Assembly: GCA_001871165.1 (NCBI GenBank) | Contig: MNUT01000017.1 | Coordinates: 1 to 53,442 of the forward strand | Reading direction: 5' to 3' | DNA length: 53,442 nucleotides | Origin: Candidatus Falkowbacteria bacterium CG1_02_37_21 | GTDB taxonomy: Bacteria; Patescibacteriota; Patescibacteriia; Patescibacteriales; UBA12465 | Shown: positions 18,435-28,467 of the stretch, piece after piece | How positions within the stretch are numbered: position 1 is the first letter of the stretch | How the letters are laid out: each line of letters starts with the position of its first letter | Made by a program: the position numbers and the translations under genes | Notes under the pieces: generated by a model | Told to the model about the DNA's origin: nothing | What the model saw: only the letters and a program-made list of their open reading frames with translations | Databases searched by the model: none

Positions 18435-19130
18435 ATGATAAATGTACCAAAGCTAGAAGACATGTTGAAAGCCGGTATGCACTTCGGCCATCGCACTAAT
18501 CGCTGGCACCCAAAAATGAAGCAATTCATTTTTACTTCCAAGAACGGAATTTATATAATTGACTTGCGTAAATCGCAAAAAAAATTACGAGAGGCTTTAG
18601 AATTTATGGCCAAATTAGTATCAGAAGGAAAAAATATTTTATTCCTCGGTACTAAAAGTCAGGTATCAGAACCTTTGAAGAAAATGGCTAAAGAAACTGG
18701 GCAGTCCTATATCGTCGGTAAATGGTTGGGCGGTTATTTGACCAACTTTGCCATGGTTAAAAAGTCGGTTAAGAAATATTTAGATTTAACAGAAAAACGT
18801 GAGGCTGGTAAATTAGAAAAATATACCAAGAAAGAACGTTTAGATTTTGATAGAGAAATTAAAAAATTGGAAGAACGCGTGGGTGGAGTTTCTACCTTAA
18901 ATAAATTACCGGACGCTTTGTTTGTCTGGGATATTCGAGAGGAAGAAACCGCCATTAAAGAAGCGCAACAGAAAAATATTCCGATTATCGCTATTTGTGA
19001 TACTAATGTCAATCCTGAAGAAGTAACTTATCCGATTCCGGCTAATGACGATTCCACCAAAACTATTGAATTAATTTTGGAATCTGTTAAAGAAGCTATT
19101 TTGGAAGCTAAAAAAAATATTAAGCAATAA
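18435..19130 (+). CDS. rpsB: 30S ribosomal protein S2
   Basis: MLKAGMHFGH, WHPKM, KWLGGYLTN, PIPANDD; start 18435 preferred. Confidence 0.97.
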   Translation: MINVPKLEDMLKAGMHFGHRTNRWHPKMKQFIFTSKNGIYIIDLRKSQKKLREALEFMAKLVSEGKNILFLGTKSQVSEPLKKMAKETGQSYIVGKWLGGYLTNFAMVKKSVKKYLDLTEKREAGKLEKYTKKERLDFDREIKKLEERVGGVSTLNKLPDALFVWDIREEETAIKEAQQKNIPIIAICDTNVNPEEVTYPIPANDDSTKTIELILESVKEAILEAKKNIKQ

Positions 19131-19134
19131 AATT

Positions 19135-19929
19135 ATGGAACTCATTAAACAATTAAGAGAAATGACCGGCGCTGGTATAGTTGATTGTAAAAAAGCTTTG
19201 GATGAGGCCGGCAATGATATTAATAAAGCTGTAGAAATTTTACGTAAGAAGGGAATCTCTAAAGCGGCTAAGCGTTTAGACAGAGATGCCAATGAAGGTA
19301 TTATTAAAGTAGCGGTTAGTGATGACCAGACCGAAGCTTATGCTTTTGAGTTAAATTCAGAAACTGATTTCGTTTCTCGTAACGAAAAATTTCAAGCTTT
19401 GGCGGAAGCTATTTTAAATTTAGTAAAGATTAATAAGCCGGCCAACGTAGAAGAGTTGTTAGCCATGTCCATGGAAGGTGTGACCGTCAAAGACACCATC
19501 GCTACTCTCAGTGGTACTATTGGTGAAAAAATGGATATTAAGAATTTTACTACTATTTCCGGAGCTACCGTAGCTGCTTATTCTCATTTAGGCGGTCGTA
19601 TGGGCGTCTTAGTGGCCTTAGATCAGGCAGATAAAGCGGACTTAGCTATGGATGTTGCCATGCAAGTGGCGGCCGCTAATCCTAAATACATTTTACCGTC
19701 TGAAGTTGACCCAGCTGAGATGGAAAAAGAAAAAGATATTTATAAAGAACAGCTTCTTAAGGAGGGCAAGCCAGCTGAAATGGTTGATAAGATTGTGGAA
19801 GGCAAGATGGGTAAATATTATTCCGAGGTCTGTTTGATGGAACAAGAATATATTAAGGACGATAAAAAGAAAATTAAAGACCTGCTCGGGTCAATTAAGG
19901 TTCTCAAGTTTGTTCGTTATTCTCTCTAA
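19135..19929 (+). CDS. tsf: Elongation factor Ts
   Basis: LREMTGAGIVDCKKAL, ELNSETDFV; follows rpsB. Confidence 0.97.
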   Translation: MELIKQLREMTGAGIVDCKKALDEAGNDINKAVEILRKKGISKAAKRLDRDANEGIIKVAVSDDQTEAYAFELNSETDFVSRNEKFQALAEAILNLVKINKPANVEELLAMSMEGVTVKDTIATLSGTIGEKMDIKNFTTISGATVAAYSHLGGRMGVLVALDQADKADLAMDVAMQVAAANPKYILPSEVDPAEMEKEKDIYKEQLLKEGKPAEMVDKIVEGKMGKYYSEVCLMEQEYIKDDKKKIKDLLGSIKVLKFVRYSL

Positions 19930-19933
19930 AATT

Positions 19934-20003
19934 AAACCGCTCCTTTACGGGGGCGGTTTTATTTAAAGCGCTAAAGCTCATAATTTTGGCGCTTTTTATT
20001 TTT
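19934..20003 (+). terminator. Tandem intrinsic terminators after tsf
   Basis: AAACCGCTCC-TTTAC-GGGGGCGGTTTT and AAAGCGCTAAAG...TTTTGGCGCTTTTT. Confidence 0.75.
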
Positions 20004-20057
20004 ATAGCCATTGTGTTATAATATACTTAATTATAATTTAATATGGCTTTATATCAT

Positions 20058-21068
20058 ATGAAAAAAATCAATGTTGCTATTAATGGTTTCGGCCGTATTG
20101 GTCGGGCGGTTTTGAAGGTAATTTGGATGCGTTTTCCTAATTTAAATATAGTGGCTTTAAACGATTTAACTGATCCGGCAACTTTAGCACATCTTTTAAA
20201 GTATGACTCTTCGTATGGCACGACTCAGCATGAAATTAAATCTACTAAAGATTCTATAATTATTGATGGTCAGACAATACCGGTTTTAGCTATTAAAGAC
20301 CCAGCTCAACTTCCTTGGAAGGCTTTGAAAGTAGATGTTGTGATTGAATGTACTGGACGCTTCACTAAGAAAGATGATTTGAAATTGCATTTACAGGCGG
20401 GAGCTAAAAAAGCTATTTTATCTGCTCCCGTAAAGCAGGGGGGAGTAAAAATAATTGTCCCGGGAGTTAATCTAGATAAGATTAAAAAGACGGATGATAT
20501 TCTTTCCTGCGCTTCTTGCACCACTAATTGTTTAGCGCCGGTAACTAAAATTATCAAAGATAAATTTGGTATTAAAAAGGCGCTCATGACCACCATTCAT
20601 TCTTATACCGCTGATCAGAACTTGGTGGACGGTCCTCATAAAGATTTGCGTCGCGCTCGAGCGGCCGCTATTAATATTATTCCGACGACAACCGGAGCAG
20701 CTATTGCTACAACCGAGACTATTCCGTCTTTGAAAAATAAATTTGATGGTATGGCGGTGCGAGTACCAACTCCAGTCGGCTCTTTATGTGATGCTGTCTA
20801 TCTTCTTAGTAAAAAAACCACTGTGGAAGCAGTTAATAAAGCCTTATCTCAGGCGGCTAAGGCTAAAATGCATGGTATTATCGAGACCTCAAAAGAGGAA
20901 TTGGTGTCCAGTGATATTATTGGTAATTCTCATAGTGCTATAGTTGATATGAAAAATACCAGAATTGTGGATGGTGATCTTTTGAAGATTGTATCTTGGT
21001 ATGATAACGAATGGGGATATTCTAATCGTTTAGCTGAGCTGGTAGATTATGTTAAGAAATTTATCTAA
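20058..21068 (+). CDS. gap: Glyceraldehyde-3-phosphate dehydrogenase type I
   Basis: INGFGRIGR, ASCTTNCLAP, WYDNEWGYS. Confidence 0.97.
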   Translation: MKKINVAINGFGRIGRAVLKVIWMRFPNLNIVALNDLTDPATLAHLLKYDSSYGTTQHEIKSTKDSIIIDGQTIPVLAIKDPAQLPWKALKVDVVIECTGRFTKKDDLKLHLQAGAKKAILSAPVKQGGVKIIVPGVNLDKIKKTDDILSCASCTTNCLAPVTKIIKDKFGIKKALMTTIHSYTADQNLVDGPHKDLRRARAAAINIIPTTTGAAIATTETIPSLKNKFDGMAVRVPTPVGSLCDAVYLLSKKTTVEAVNKALSQAAKAKMHGIIETSKEELVSSDIIGNSHSAIVDMKNTRIVDGDLLKIVSWYDNEWGYSNRLAELVDYVKKFI

Positions 21069-21107
21069 TACTATTTATAGACCATTTTAATCTAAATTGA
21101 TATTTTA

Positions 21108-22565
21108 ATGACGATTCCTGACCATATTCTCAAAATTTTACAAGATATACAGGCCTCTGGTTATGAGGCCTATATTGTTGGTGGTTGCGTACGTGATATT
21201 TTAATGAGAAAAGTCCCAAAAGATTGGGATATTACTACTAATGCCAAGCCGGAAGAAGTTATAAAAATTTTTTCCGAAGCTCGTTATGAAAATAATTTTG
21301 GTACGGTTTTATTACCGATTAGAGCGGCGGTGGGACCGGGAGAGCCAAAGGGGAGGTTGGAGGATGTGGTAGAAATTACCACTTATCGCAGTGAACAAAA
21401 TTATTCCGATCGTCGTCATCCCGATATTGTTAATTTTGAGACGGAATTATTTAAAGACTTGGAGCGTCGTGATTTTACGGTGAATGCTTTAGCCCTTAAT
21501 CCTCACGATAATCAAAAAATTATTGATTTGTTTGGCGGTGAGAAAGACATTAAACTTAAAATTATTAGAGCAGTCGGTGAACCCTCGGATCGTTTTAAGG
21601 AAGATGCTTTACGTATGTTACGCGCGGTTCGTTTTAGCGCACAGTTAGATTTTACTTTAGAACCGAAAACTCAACGGGCTATTGTAAAATTAGCCGGTAG
21701 TTTAAAGTTTATTTCTAAGGAGAGAATTAGAGATGAGATTATTAAAATTTTAGCTTCGGATCGACCAGCCGCCGGAATGATGTTACTTCATGACTGTAAG
21801 TTATTGCAGTATATATTACCGGAACTGGAGCAGGGAGTTGATGTTAAACAAGATCGTCACCATATTTACACGGTCTTTAAGCATAATATTCTATCTTTAC
21901 AGTATTGTCCCAGTAAGGAATGGCAAGTGCGTTTAGCCGCTCTCTTGCATGATATCGGTAAACCAAAAACCAGAAAAATAATCGGTGGTATTGCTACGTT
22001 TTATAATCATGAATATGTGGGTGCTAGACTAACAGAAAAAATCATGACTCGTTTAAAGTTCTCCGTGGCTGATACGAGTCGCGTTGTGAGACTGGTCAAG
22101 AATCACATGTTTTATTATAATGTAGGGGAAGTTACAGCCGCTTCGGTGCGTCGTTTACTTGTTAAAGTCGGTAAAGAAAATTTACAAGATTTAATTCATT
22201 TACGTGTCGCCGATCGTCTTGGTTCCGGTACTCCGAAAGCTATGCCTTATAAATTGAGGCATTTGCAGTATATGCTGGAGACAGTACAAAATGACCCAAT
22301 ATCGGTTAAAATGTTGAAAATTAATGGTAATGACTTAATGAAAGAGCTTAAAATATCACCTGGCCCGAAGATTGGCGCTATTTTAGAGGTATTACTGGCT
22401 GAAGTAATTGAAGAAACGGAACTAAATGATTCTAAGAAGCTTGAACTTAGGGCAAAACAGTTGGAAGGATTGAATTTAAAGGAATTACGAGAGAAAGCAA
22501 AATTAGTAATTGACGATCAACGCGCTCTAGATGATGAAAAAATTAAAAGACAATTTAAAATTTAA
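21108..22565 (+). CDS. cca: CCA tRNA nucleotidyltransferase with HD domain
   Basis: [34 protein letters not shown]; flexible loop present. Confidence 0.88.
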   Translation: MTIPDHILKILQDIQASGYEAYIVGGCVRDILMRKVPKDWDITTNAKPEEVIKIFSEARYENNFGTVLLPIRAAVGPGEPKGRLEDVVEITTYRSEQNYSDRRHPDIVNFETELFKDLERRDFTVNALALNPHDNQKIIDLFGGEKDIKLKIIRAVGEPSDRFKEDALRMLRAVRFSAQLDFTLEPKTQRAIVKLAGSLKFISKERIRDEIIKILASDRPAAGMMLLHDCKLLQYILPELEQGVDVKQDRHHIYTVFKHNILSLQYCPSKEWQVRLAALLHDIGKPKTRKIIGGIATFYNHEYVGARLTEKIMTRLKFSVADTSRVVRLVKNHMFYYNVGEVTAASVRRLLVKVGKENLQDLIHLRVADRLGSGTPKAMPYKLRHLQYMLETVQNDPISVKMLKINGNDLMKELKISPGPKIGAILEVLLAEVIEETELNDSKKLELRAKQLEGLNLKELREKAKLVIDDQRALDDEKIKRQFKI

Positions 22566-22575
22566 ATATAAAAAT

Positions 22576-23259
22576 ATGAAAAAACTAATATTTTTTTTAT
22601 TGATTGGGGGCTTGGTTTTAACGCTATCAGCCTGTACCAATCAAAATAACGCGGATAACGCGTTAAGTGATGATGCAGCAAACTTAAATAGCGCCATCAT
22701 GCCAATCAAACAAATTTCTAATTCAATAAGCAACATAACTATGAAAACACCAGATCAACAAGAAGATTTATTAAAACAGTATTCTCAGGCTGTTATTAAA
22801 ACCAGTCTCGGTGATATTACCGTTAAATTTTACGCTAGTGATTCGCCTGTTACTGTTAATAATTTCTTAAATTTAGCTAAAGAGGGTTTTTACGATGACA
22901 CCAGATTTCATAGGGTTATTAAAGATTTTATGATTCAGGCTGGAGATCCTTTAAGTAAAGAAAATAATACTAGTCTGTGGGGAACAGGCGGACCGGGTTA
23001 TCAATTTAAAGATGAATTTAATGCTCATAAGTTAGTGGTAGGAAGTTTGGCGATGGCTAATTCCGGACCAGCGACTAACGGTTCTCAGTTCTTTATTGTT
23101 ACCGCCGAATCTACTCCTTGGTTAGATGGTCATCACACTAATTTTGGTGAAGTAGTCTCCGGTATGGATATTGTTAAAAAAATTGAGACAGTCACAACCG
23201 GCCCGAATGATCGACCGGCAACGGATATCTCTATTAATAGTATAGAGTTAGTAAAATAA
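22576..23259 (+). CDS. Cyclophilin-type peptidyl-prolyl isomerase, predicted lipoprotein
   Basis: Signal peptide with lipobox [41 protein letters not shown]. Confidence 0.92.
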   Translation: MKKLIFFLLIGGLVLTLSACTNQNNADNALSDDAANLNSAIMPIKQISNSISNITMKTPDQQEDLLKQYSQAVIKTSLGDITVKFYASDSPVTVNNFLNLAKEGFYDDTRFHRVIKDFMIQAGDPLSKENNTSLWGTGGPGYQFKDEFNAHKLVVGSLAMANSGPATNGSQFFIVTAESTPWLDGHHTNFGEVVSGMDIVKKIETVTTGPNDRPATDISINSIELVK

Positions 23260-23285
23260 TTATTTTCTATTAAATTGTCTATAAC

Positions 23286-23315
23286 AAAAAACACCTGCCA
23301 TTAGGCAGGTGTTTT
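23286..23315. terminator. Bidirectional terminator
   Basis: AAAAAACACCTGCC-ATTA-GGCAGGTGTTTT. Confidence 0.85.
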
Positions 23316-23330
23316 AAATTGATTAAGATA

Positions 23331-23588
23331 TTAAAATCTCTTTTCCAGGGGGCGAGCAACATTGACAATAACTTTACGTCCATCCAGTTCTTGATCATTA
23401 TACATAGCAATAGCGGCCTCAGCTTCATCGTCATTTTCCATTTCTACAAAACCAAAACCTTTTGAACGGTTAGTCATTCTGTCCATGATAATCACGGCTG
23501 AGGCTACTTTACCGGCCTTGGCAAAAGCTTCAGACAAAGCTTCTTCGGTTGTCTTGAAATTCAAGCCACCGATAAATAATTTTTTCAT
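23331..23588 (-). CDS. RRM (RNP-1) RNA-binding protein
   Basis: KLFIGGL (RNP2), SKGFGFVEM (RNP1). Confidence 0.93.
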   Translation of the reverse strand: MKKLFIGGLNFKTTEEALSEAFAKAGKVASAVIIMDRMTNRSKGFGFVEMENDDEAEAAIAMYNDQELDGRKVIVNVARPLEKRF

Positions 23589-23694
23589 TGTTTTTATCTA
23601 AATTTTATTAAATCTAAGACTCATTAAATGTAAGACGACCTTTTTTAAAAAAAGCGGATAGACCGCTTTCTTTTAAGCTTGCTTACCAATTTTT

Positions 23695-23723
23695 AGTATA
23701 GCTAATTTGATGTTTTGCGTCAA
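23695..23723 (-). promoter_or_regulatory. sigma70 promoter of the RRM gene
   Basis: Minus strand TTGACG-17-TATACT. Confidence 0.7.
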
Positions 23724-23724
23724 A

Positions 23725-24474
23725 CTAGGAAATAATAACTCTAACGCCAGGACTCATGGAAGAAGAGATGCTGATATTCTTTAAGAAGTTACCTTTAGCG
23801 GCGGCTGGTTTGGCTTTTCTCACTGAGTCTAAAAAGGCACTGTAGTTTGTTTGTAATTTATCGTCAGAAAAACTCATCTTTCCAATGACCGCATGAATGT
23901 TACCAGTATCGTCATTTTTAAAGCTAATTTTACCCTTCTTTAATTCTTCTACGGTTTTAGCCGGGTTAGTAGTGACGGTGTCATTTTTAGGGGAAGGCAT
24001 TAAACCTCGAGTACCAAGAATCTTAGCAATTACTCCCAAATTTTTCATTAAAGCGGGTTCGGCAATGGCTACTTGAAAATCTGTTTTTTCACTTTTTTTA
24101 ATTTCGTTTACCAACTCCTCACCACCGACAAAATCAGCTCCAGCCGCTTTAACAGCTGCTTCATTTTCCGGGGATACAAAGGCGGCGACTTTTACAGTCT
24201 TACCAGTACCATTAGGTAAGCTGATAGTACCACGAACCTGTTGTTCGCTTTTTTTAGTATTTATACCTAAACGCAAATGAACTTCTAGAGAAGAGTCAAA
24301 TTTTGTTTTAGTTAATTTACGAACAATAGCGATTGCTTCTATGGCATCGTAAGTTTTATTTTGATCGTATATTGCGCTGTAGTCAGCCTTCTTATTCACC
24401 TTCGCAACTTCTGGGCTTGCTTCCGCCTCTTCAATCTTAATAACCTCTTTGGTCTTAGTAGTTTTTTTTGTCAT
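23725..24474 (-). CDS. rplA: 50S ribosomal protein L1
   Basis: KFDSSLE, VRGTISLPNGTGK, LGTRGLMPSPK; ATG at 24474. Confidence 0.97.
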   Translation of the reverse strand: MTKKTTKTKEVIKIEEAEASPEVAKVNKKADYSAIYDQNKTYDAIEAIAIVRKLTKTKFDSSLEVHLRLGINTKKSEQQVRGTISLPNGTGKTVKVAAFVSPENEAAVKAAGADFVGGEELVNEIKKSEKTDFQVAIAEPALMKNLGVIAKILGTRGLMPSPKNDTVTTNPAKTVEELKKGKISFKNDDTGNIHAVIGKMSFSDDKLQTNYSAFLDSVRKAKPAAAKGNFLKNISISSSMSPGVRVIIS

Positions 24475-24483
24475 ATAATTTTC

Positions 24484-24524
24484 GTGGTTTAACGTCTCTG
24501 TTTTTAAAAACAAACGACTCCCAC
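24484..24524 (-). ncRNA. L1-binding translational operator upstream of rplA
   Basis: GTGG-GAG-(stem-loop)-TAAA-CCAC, matching the known L1-binding internal loop that mimics 23S rRNA. Confidence 0.75.
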
Positions 24525-24533
24525 AATTAGTTA

Positions 24534-24956
24534 TTATTTAATTTCTACTCCCATTTGACGAGCAGTACCGGCAATAATTTTTTTAGCTGCCTCTAAATCA
24601 TGAGCATTAAGATCGGGCATCTTACGCTTAGCAATTTCTTCTAGCTGGGTATTAGAAATTTTACCAATTTTTTCGGTCAAAGGTTTGCCGGAGCCCTTAG
24701 CAATACCGGCCGCCTTTTTAATAAGTTCCGCGGCAGGAGGGGTCTTAAGGATGAAGTCATAACTACGATCCTCGTAAACGGTTATTTCAACCGGGACAAT
24801 ATCGCCGGCCATTTCTTTGGACTTATCGTTAAAAGCTTTACAAAATTCAGCGATATTAAGACCGTGTTGTCCTAAAGCCGGTCCGACTGGAGGGGCGGGG
24901 TTAGCAGCTCCGCCAGGAATTTGTAATTTAATTTTAGTTTTTATTTTTTTAGCCAT
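24534..24956 (-). CDS. rplK: 50S ribosomal protein L11
   Basis: [25 protein letters not shown]. Confidence 0.98.
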   Translation of the reverse strand: MAKKIKTKIKLQIPGGAANPAPPVGPALGQHGLNIAEFCKAFNDKSKEMAGDIVPVEITVYEDRSYDFILKTPPAAELIKKAAGIAKGSGKPLTEKIGKISNTQLEEIAKRKMPDLNAHDLEAAKKIIAGTARQMGVEIK

Positions 24957-25002
24957 ATTATTGTTTAACAGTTCAGCGTAGAAGCACCGCTTAGCAGTTT
25001 AA

Positions 25003-25548
25003 TTATATTTTTTTAATTTGTAAAAAGTCTAATTCCACCGGAGTTTCGCGACCAAACATGGAAACGGAAACTTTGATTTTACCCTTAGCTTCGTCTACTA
25101 CTGTCACCTTTCCTTCCATATTCTTAAACGGACCCTCATTAATGCGAACCGTGTCGCCAGTGCCAACGTTAATTTGGAATTTAGGATCTTCGACGCCCAT
25201 TCTTTTCTGGAGGGATTTTACCTCGGTTTCACTAATAGGGGTAGGAATAGTACCAGTGCCGATAAAGCCAGTTACATTCGGAGTATTTCTGACAATGTAC
25301 CAAGATTCATCGGTAACTTCCATTTCTACTAAAATATAGCCAGGAAAAATCTTTTCTTCCACAACTTTTCTTTTACCGTTCTTAATTTTAATTTTCTTTT
25401 CAGTGGGAATTAGGATATTAAAAATCTTATCCTCCATATCTAAAGACTCAACCCTTTGCTTTAAATTTTCCGTGACGTTTTCTTCATAGCCGGAATAAGT
25501 ATGAATAACATACCAACGTCGACCCTGATTTAAAAGTTGCTTGGCCAT
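25003..25548 (-). CDS. nusG: Transcription factor NusG
   Basis: WYVIHTYSGYE, FPGYILV, VRNTPNVTGF, KOW motif, FGRETPVEL. Confidence 0.98.
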   Translation of the reverse strand: MAKQLLNQGRRWYVIHTYSGYEENVTENLKQRVESLDMEDKIFNILIPTEKKIKIKNGKRKVVEEKIFPGYILVEMEVTDESWYIVRNTPNVTGFIGTGTIPTPISETEVKSLQKRMGVEDPKFQINVGTGDTVRINEGPFKNMEGKVTVVDEAKGKIKVSVSMFGRETPVELDFLQIKKI

Positions 25549-25633
25549 ATCAATGTAATAGTGGCTGCCGGCGCGTTAAAATAATCTTTATTTTATCGCT
25601 CGTCAGTCAATATAATTATAAGAACGACTAATT

Positions 25634-25822
25634 TTAATATTTATTGATTAGAAATTGAAAACCGGTGCTAAAAATATAATCTAAAATACCCAAAAAAATA
25701 GCGACACCAATACTGATGGCAATAACTAAGACTGTGTAGTTGTAAGTTTCTTTCTTTGATGGCCAAGTGACCTTTTTCATCTCAGTCAAAGATTCCTGCA
25801 GATAGTTCTTTAGTTTGTTCAT
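25634..25822 (-). CDS. secE: Preprotein translocase SecE
   Basis: EMKKVTWP plus a TM helix; upstream of nusG. Confidence 0.95.
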   Translation of the reverse strand: MNKLKNYLQESLTEMKKVTWPSKKETYNYTVLVIAISIGVAIFLGILDYIFSTGFQFLINKY

Positions 25823-26004
25823 ATTATTGAAAAAGCCTATTTAAAAATAGCCCTCCAGGGCCACTTTTTTATCACAATCAAATAATACAAAATTATAGTT
25901 TGTCTGTCAAGGGTTGAAAGGGGTTTTTGACTAATTCCTAGTTGCTTTTTGATAATAAACATTATACAATATTAAACAAGCTGTTAAATAGCTTTATTTC
26001 TTAT

Positions 26005-27747
26005 ATGGTTAGCCCAAATTTAACTAAAAGAGCTGGGGAGATTAATCCTGTTGAGCTTAATGATGACGCGAAAAAATTGTTTCAAGTTATCCATAGCGAA
26101 AAGCTTAAGTCAGACGTCAGAGATGAAGATGTTCCATATTTGCGAGTTTCAACATTGATTTCTCGTTTAGCTTTTGTTTATGAAAAAGTTCGTAATGCCA
26201 TAGATTACGATGAAGATCATTTATTACGTAAAAATGCTATTTTGCGTATTTTACGTCGGCAGGTTGTTATTGAAAGCGTAATTAGAGAGGCTGACAGTAG
26301 CGGTATTGCCTCGCATCTTTTAACTGAATTAATTCGTGGCGGTTATCTACCTAATAATGCTTTGCCGGAAAGTTTGGTGGGGGAAGTGGCAGTTCGCTTG
26401 GAAAAGTATATTTATTTAAAGAATCAAATTGCCTCCGCTATTAATGCCGATTTAGGATTAAAGACTGAAGCTGATAAGGCTAAGGCCTTAGTTACCAAGA
26501 AAAATGATTTAGTCCATTGGCTCTTAACACTAGCCGCTTGTGAAATAGAGGAGCATTTGGCACCTAATCCGGTTAAACAAAGAATTGTTGACAATCTTTT
26601 TTCTATTTTATCCAAGCTTATTAAGTTACCGCCGGAGTTACCTTACTCCGAAGATCGAGAAATTCAAATATACTTAAGCATTAGCCGAACTTTCCTTAAG
26701 TTTGACTCCGACATGTTAAGTTTTATTTTGTTTAAATATTATAATGATGCTTGGTTAGATTTGAATGTTTCCGGTGATCCGACTACTAGTAACAAAATTG
26801 CCGCCGGATTGGAACAGATTAAAGAGATCGCTTCTAATTTTAATGATTTAAAAAATCAGGTTGACGATCAACTTAACCATGAGCTGACCAAGCAATTAGA
26901 TAAAATAGTTCGTGCTTATTCTTTATATTTTTCTATTTTAGCGGAAGCCCTGGAAAATGATCCTGCTAAGATTTATCGTGAGTTACAAACCGGCGATAAA
27001 AGTTTTATTGCTTTGATTCGTAAGGTTTGTAACCAAAAGTATAATAAGGCTAAACGTCGTTTGTGGCGAGCGGCGGTACGTAGTATAATTTATATTTTCT
27101 TAACTAAATCTGTTTTTGTCTTCATTGTTGAAGTGCCGGCTATTCATTGGTTAGGTGAACCGCTTAATTATTTATCTTTAGCTATTAATGCCTCTTTTCC
27201 CGCTGTCTTATTATTTCTCATAGTCATTCTGACTCGTAAGCCGAAAGAGAATAATACTGATAAAATCGTGGAGGGAATTAAGGAAATTACTTTTAAGGGT
27301 AGCGAGCGCACTAAATCAATTATGTTACGTCGCCCCAAACGACGTAATTGGTTAAAAAGTTTAATTTTTAATCTGATTTATGTAGCTGCTTTTTACGTAT
27401 CAGTTTATTATATTGTAAAAGTCCTTACCGCCATTGATTTTACCTGGGTCAGTATTATTATTTTCCTGTTCTTTTTGGCTTTTGTCAGTTTCTTCAGCAT
27501 TCTTACTACCCGTGGTGTTAAGGATTTGATAGTGGTGGAAAAGAAAGAAAATATTGTGACCTTCTTCCTAGACTTATTTTATATGCCTATTATTATGGCC
27601 GGTCGCTGGTTGTCCACTAACTTTTCTAAAATTAATGTCTTTATTTTCTTTTTTGACTTTATTGTTGAAGCACCCTTCAAGGTGTTAGTGGAAGTGGCGG
27701 AAGATTGGACTAAATACGTTAAAGAACGTCGGGAAAACCTGGAATAA
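26005..27747 (+). CDS. Hypothetical membrane protein (large soluble N-terminal domain, several C-terminal TM helices)
   Basis: Long ORF; YEKVRNAIDYDEDHLLRKNAILRIL; hydrophobic C-terminal third; ATG at 26005. Confidence 0.8.
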   Translation: MVSPNLTKRAGEINPVELNDDAKKLFQVIHSEKLKSDVRDEDVPYLRVSTLISRLAFVYEKVRNAIDYDEDHLLRKNAILRILRRQVVIESVIREADSSGIASHLLTELIRGGYLPNNALPESLVGEVAVRLEKYIYLKNQIASAINADLGLKTEADKAKALVTKKNDLVHWLLTLAACEIEEHLAPNPVKQRIVDNLFSILSKLIKLPPELPYSEDREIQIYLSISRTFLKFDSDMLSFILFKYYNDAWLDLNVSGDPTTSNKIAAGLEQIKEIASNFNDLKNQVDDQLNHELTKQLDKIVRAYSLYFSILAEALENDPAKIYRELQTGDKSFIALIRKVCNQKYNKAKRRLWRAAVRSIIYIFLTKSVFVFIVEVPAIHWLGEPLNYLSLAINASFPAVLLFLIVILTRKPKENNTDKIVEGIKEITFKGSERTKSIMLRRPKRRNWLKSLIFNLIYVAAFYVSVYYIVKVLTAIDFTWVSIIIFLFFLAFVSFFSILTTRGVKDLIVVEKKENIVTFFLDLFYMPIIMAGRWLSTNFSKINVFIFFFDFIVEAPFKVLVEVAEDWTKYVKERRENLE

Positions 27748-27761
27748 GATTCTAATTGTTT

Positions 27762-28460
27762 ATGAGTGTTTTATATATTGTCGCGACGCCAATTGGTAAT
27801 TTAGAAGATATTACGAAGCGAGCACTCAGAATTCTAGAGGAGGTAGATTTTGTTTTGTGCGAAGACACTAGGGTGACCAGAAAATTGTTGAATAATTATG
27901 AAATTAAAACGGCGACCATCTCTTATCATCAGCATTCCGGTGCCCCGAAAGTAGATAAAATTTTAGAATTTCTTAAAGCGGGAAAAAATTTAGCCTTAGT
28001 GACTGACGCCGGTACGCCGGGTATTTCTGATCCGGGGGCTTTTTTGCTAACGGCCATTAGACAGCAACTAGCGGATGAGGATATTTCAATAGTTAGTGTA
28101 CCGGGTGCCTCTGCTTTAACCTCAGCCTTATCACTAGCGGGAATTGGTTTTGATCGTTTTTTATTTTTAGGTTTTTTACCCCATAAAAAAGGGAGACAAG
28201 GCGTTTTAAAAGAAATTTTTGCCAGTGAGCATCCGGTGGCTATTTATGAATCAAAACATCGCATTGTTAAATTGTTGGAGGAATTAACAAAAATGAGCGG
28301 AGAACTGTCATTACCGCTAGAGGTTAGCGTGGCACGCGAATTAACCAAAATGTATGAGAGTTTTTATCGCGGTGCTCCGGAAGAAATTTTGGAACAATTG
28401 CAAAGTGACGCCAATAATTTGAAAGGTGAATTTGTGGTTTTAATTAGAAAAATAAATTGA
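27762..28460 (+). CDS. rsmI: 16S rRNA C1402 2'-O-methyltransferase
   Basis: LYIVATPIGNLEDIT, CEDTR, DAGTPGISDPG, ARELTK. Confidence 0.96.
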   Translation: MSVLYIVATPIGNLEDITKRALRILEEVDFVLCEDTRVTRKLLNNYEIKTATISYHQHSGAPKVDKILEFLKAGKNLALVTDAGTPGISDPGAFLLTAIRQQLADEDISIVSVPGASALTSALSLAGIGFDRFLFLGFLPHKKGRQGVLKEIFASEHPVAIYESKHRIVKLLEELTKMSGELSLPLEVSVARELTKMYESFYRGAPEEILEQLQSDANNLKGEFVVLIRKIN

Positions 28461-28467
28461 GATAATT

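Noticed and set aside
25562..25610. Long imperfect hairpin between secE and nusG
   Set aside because: It pairs better on the non-coding strand, has several mismatches and has no tRNA-like or recognisable motif.
25823..25941. tRNA-Trp or rpmG expected upstream of secE
   Set aside because: No cloverleaf, T-loop or L33 ORF is visible; there are only small hairpins and a promoter.
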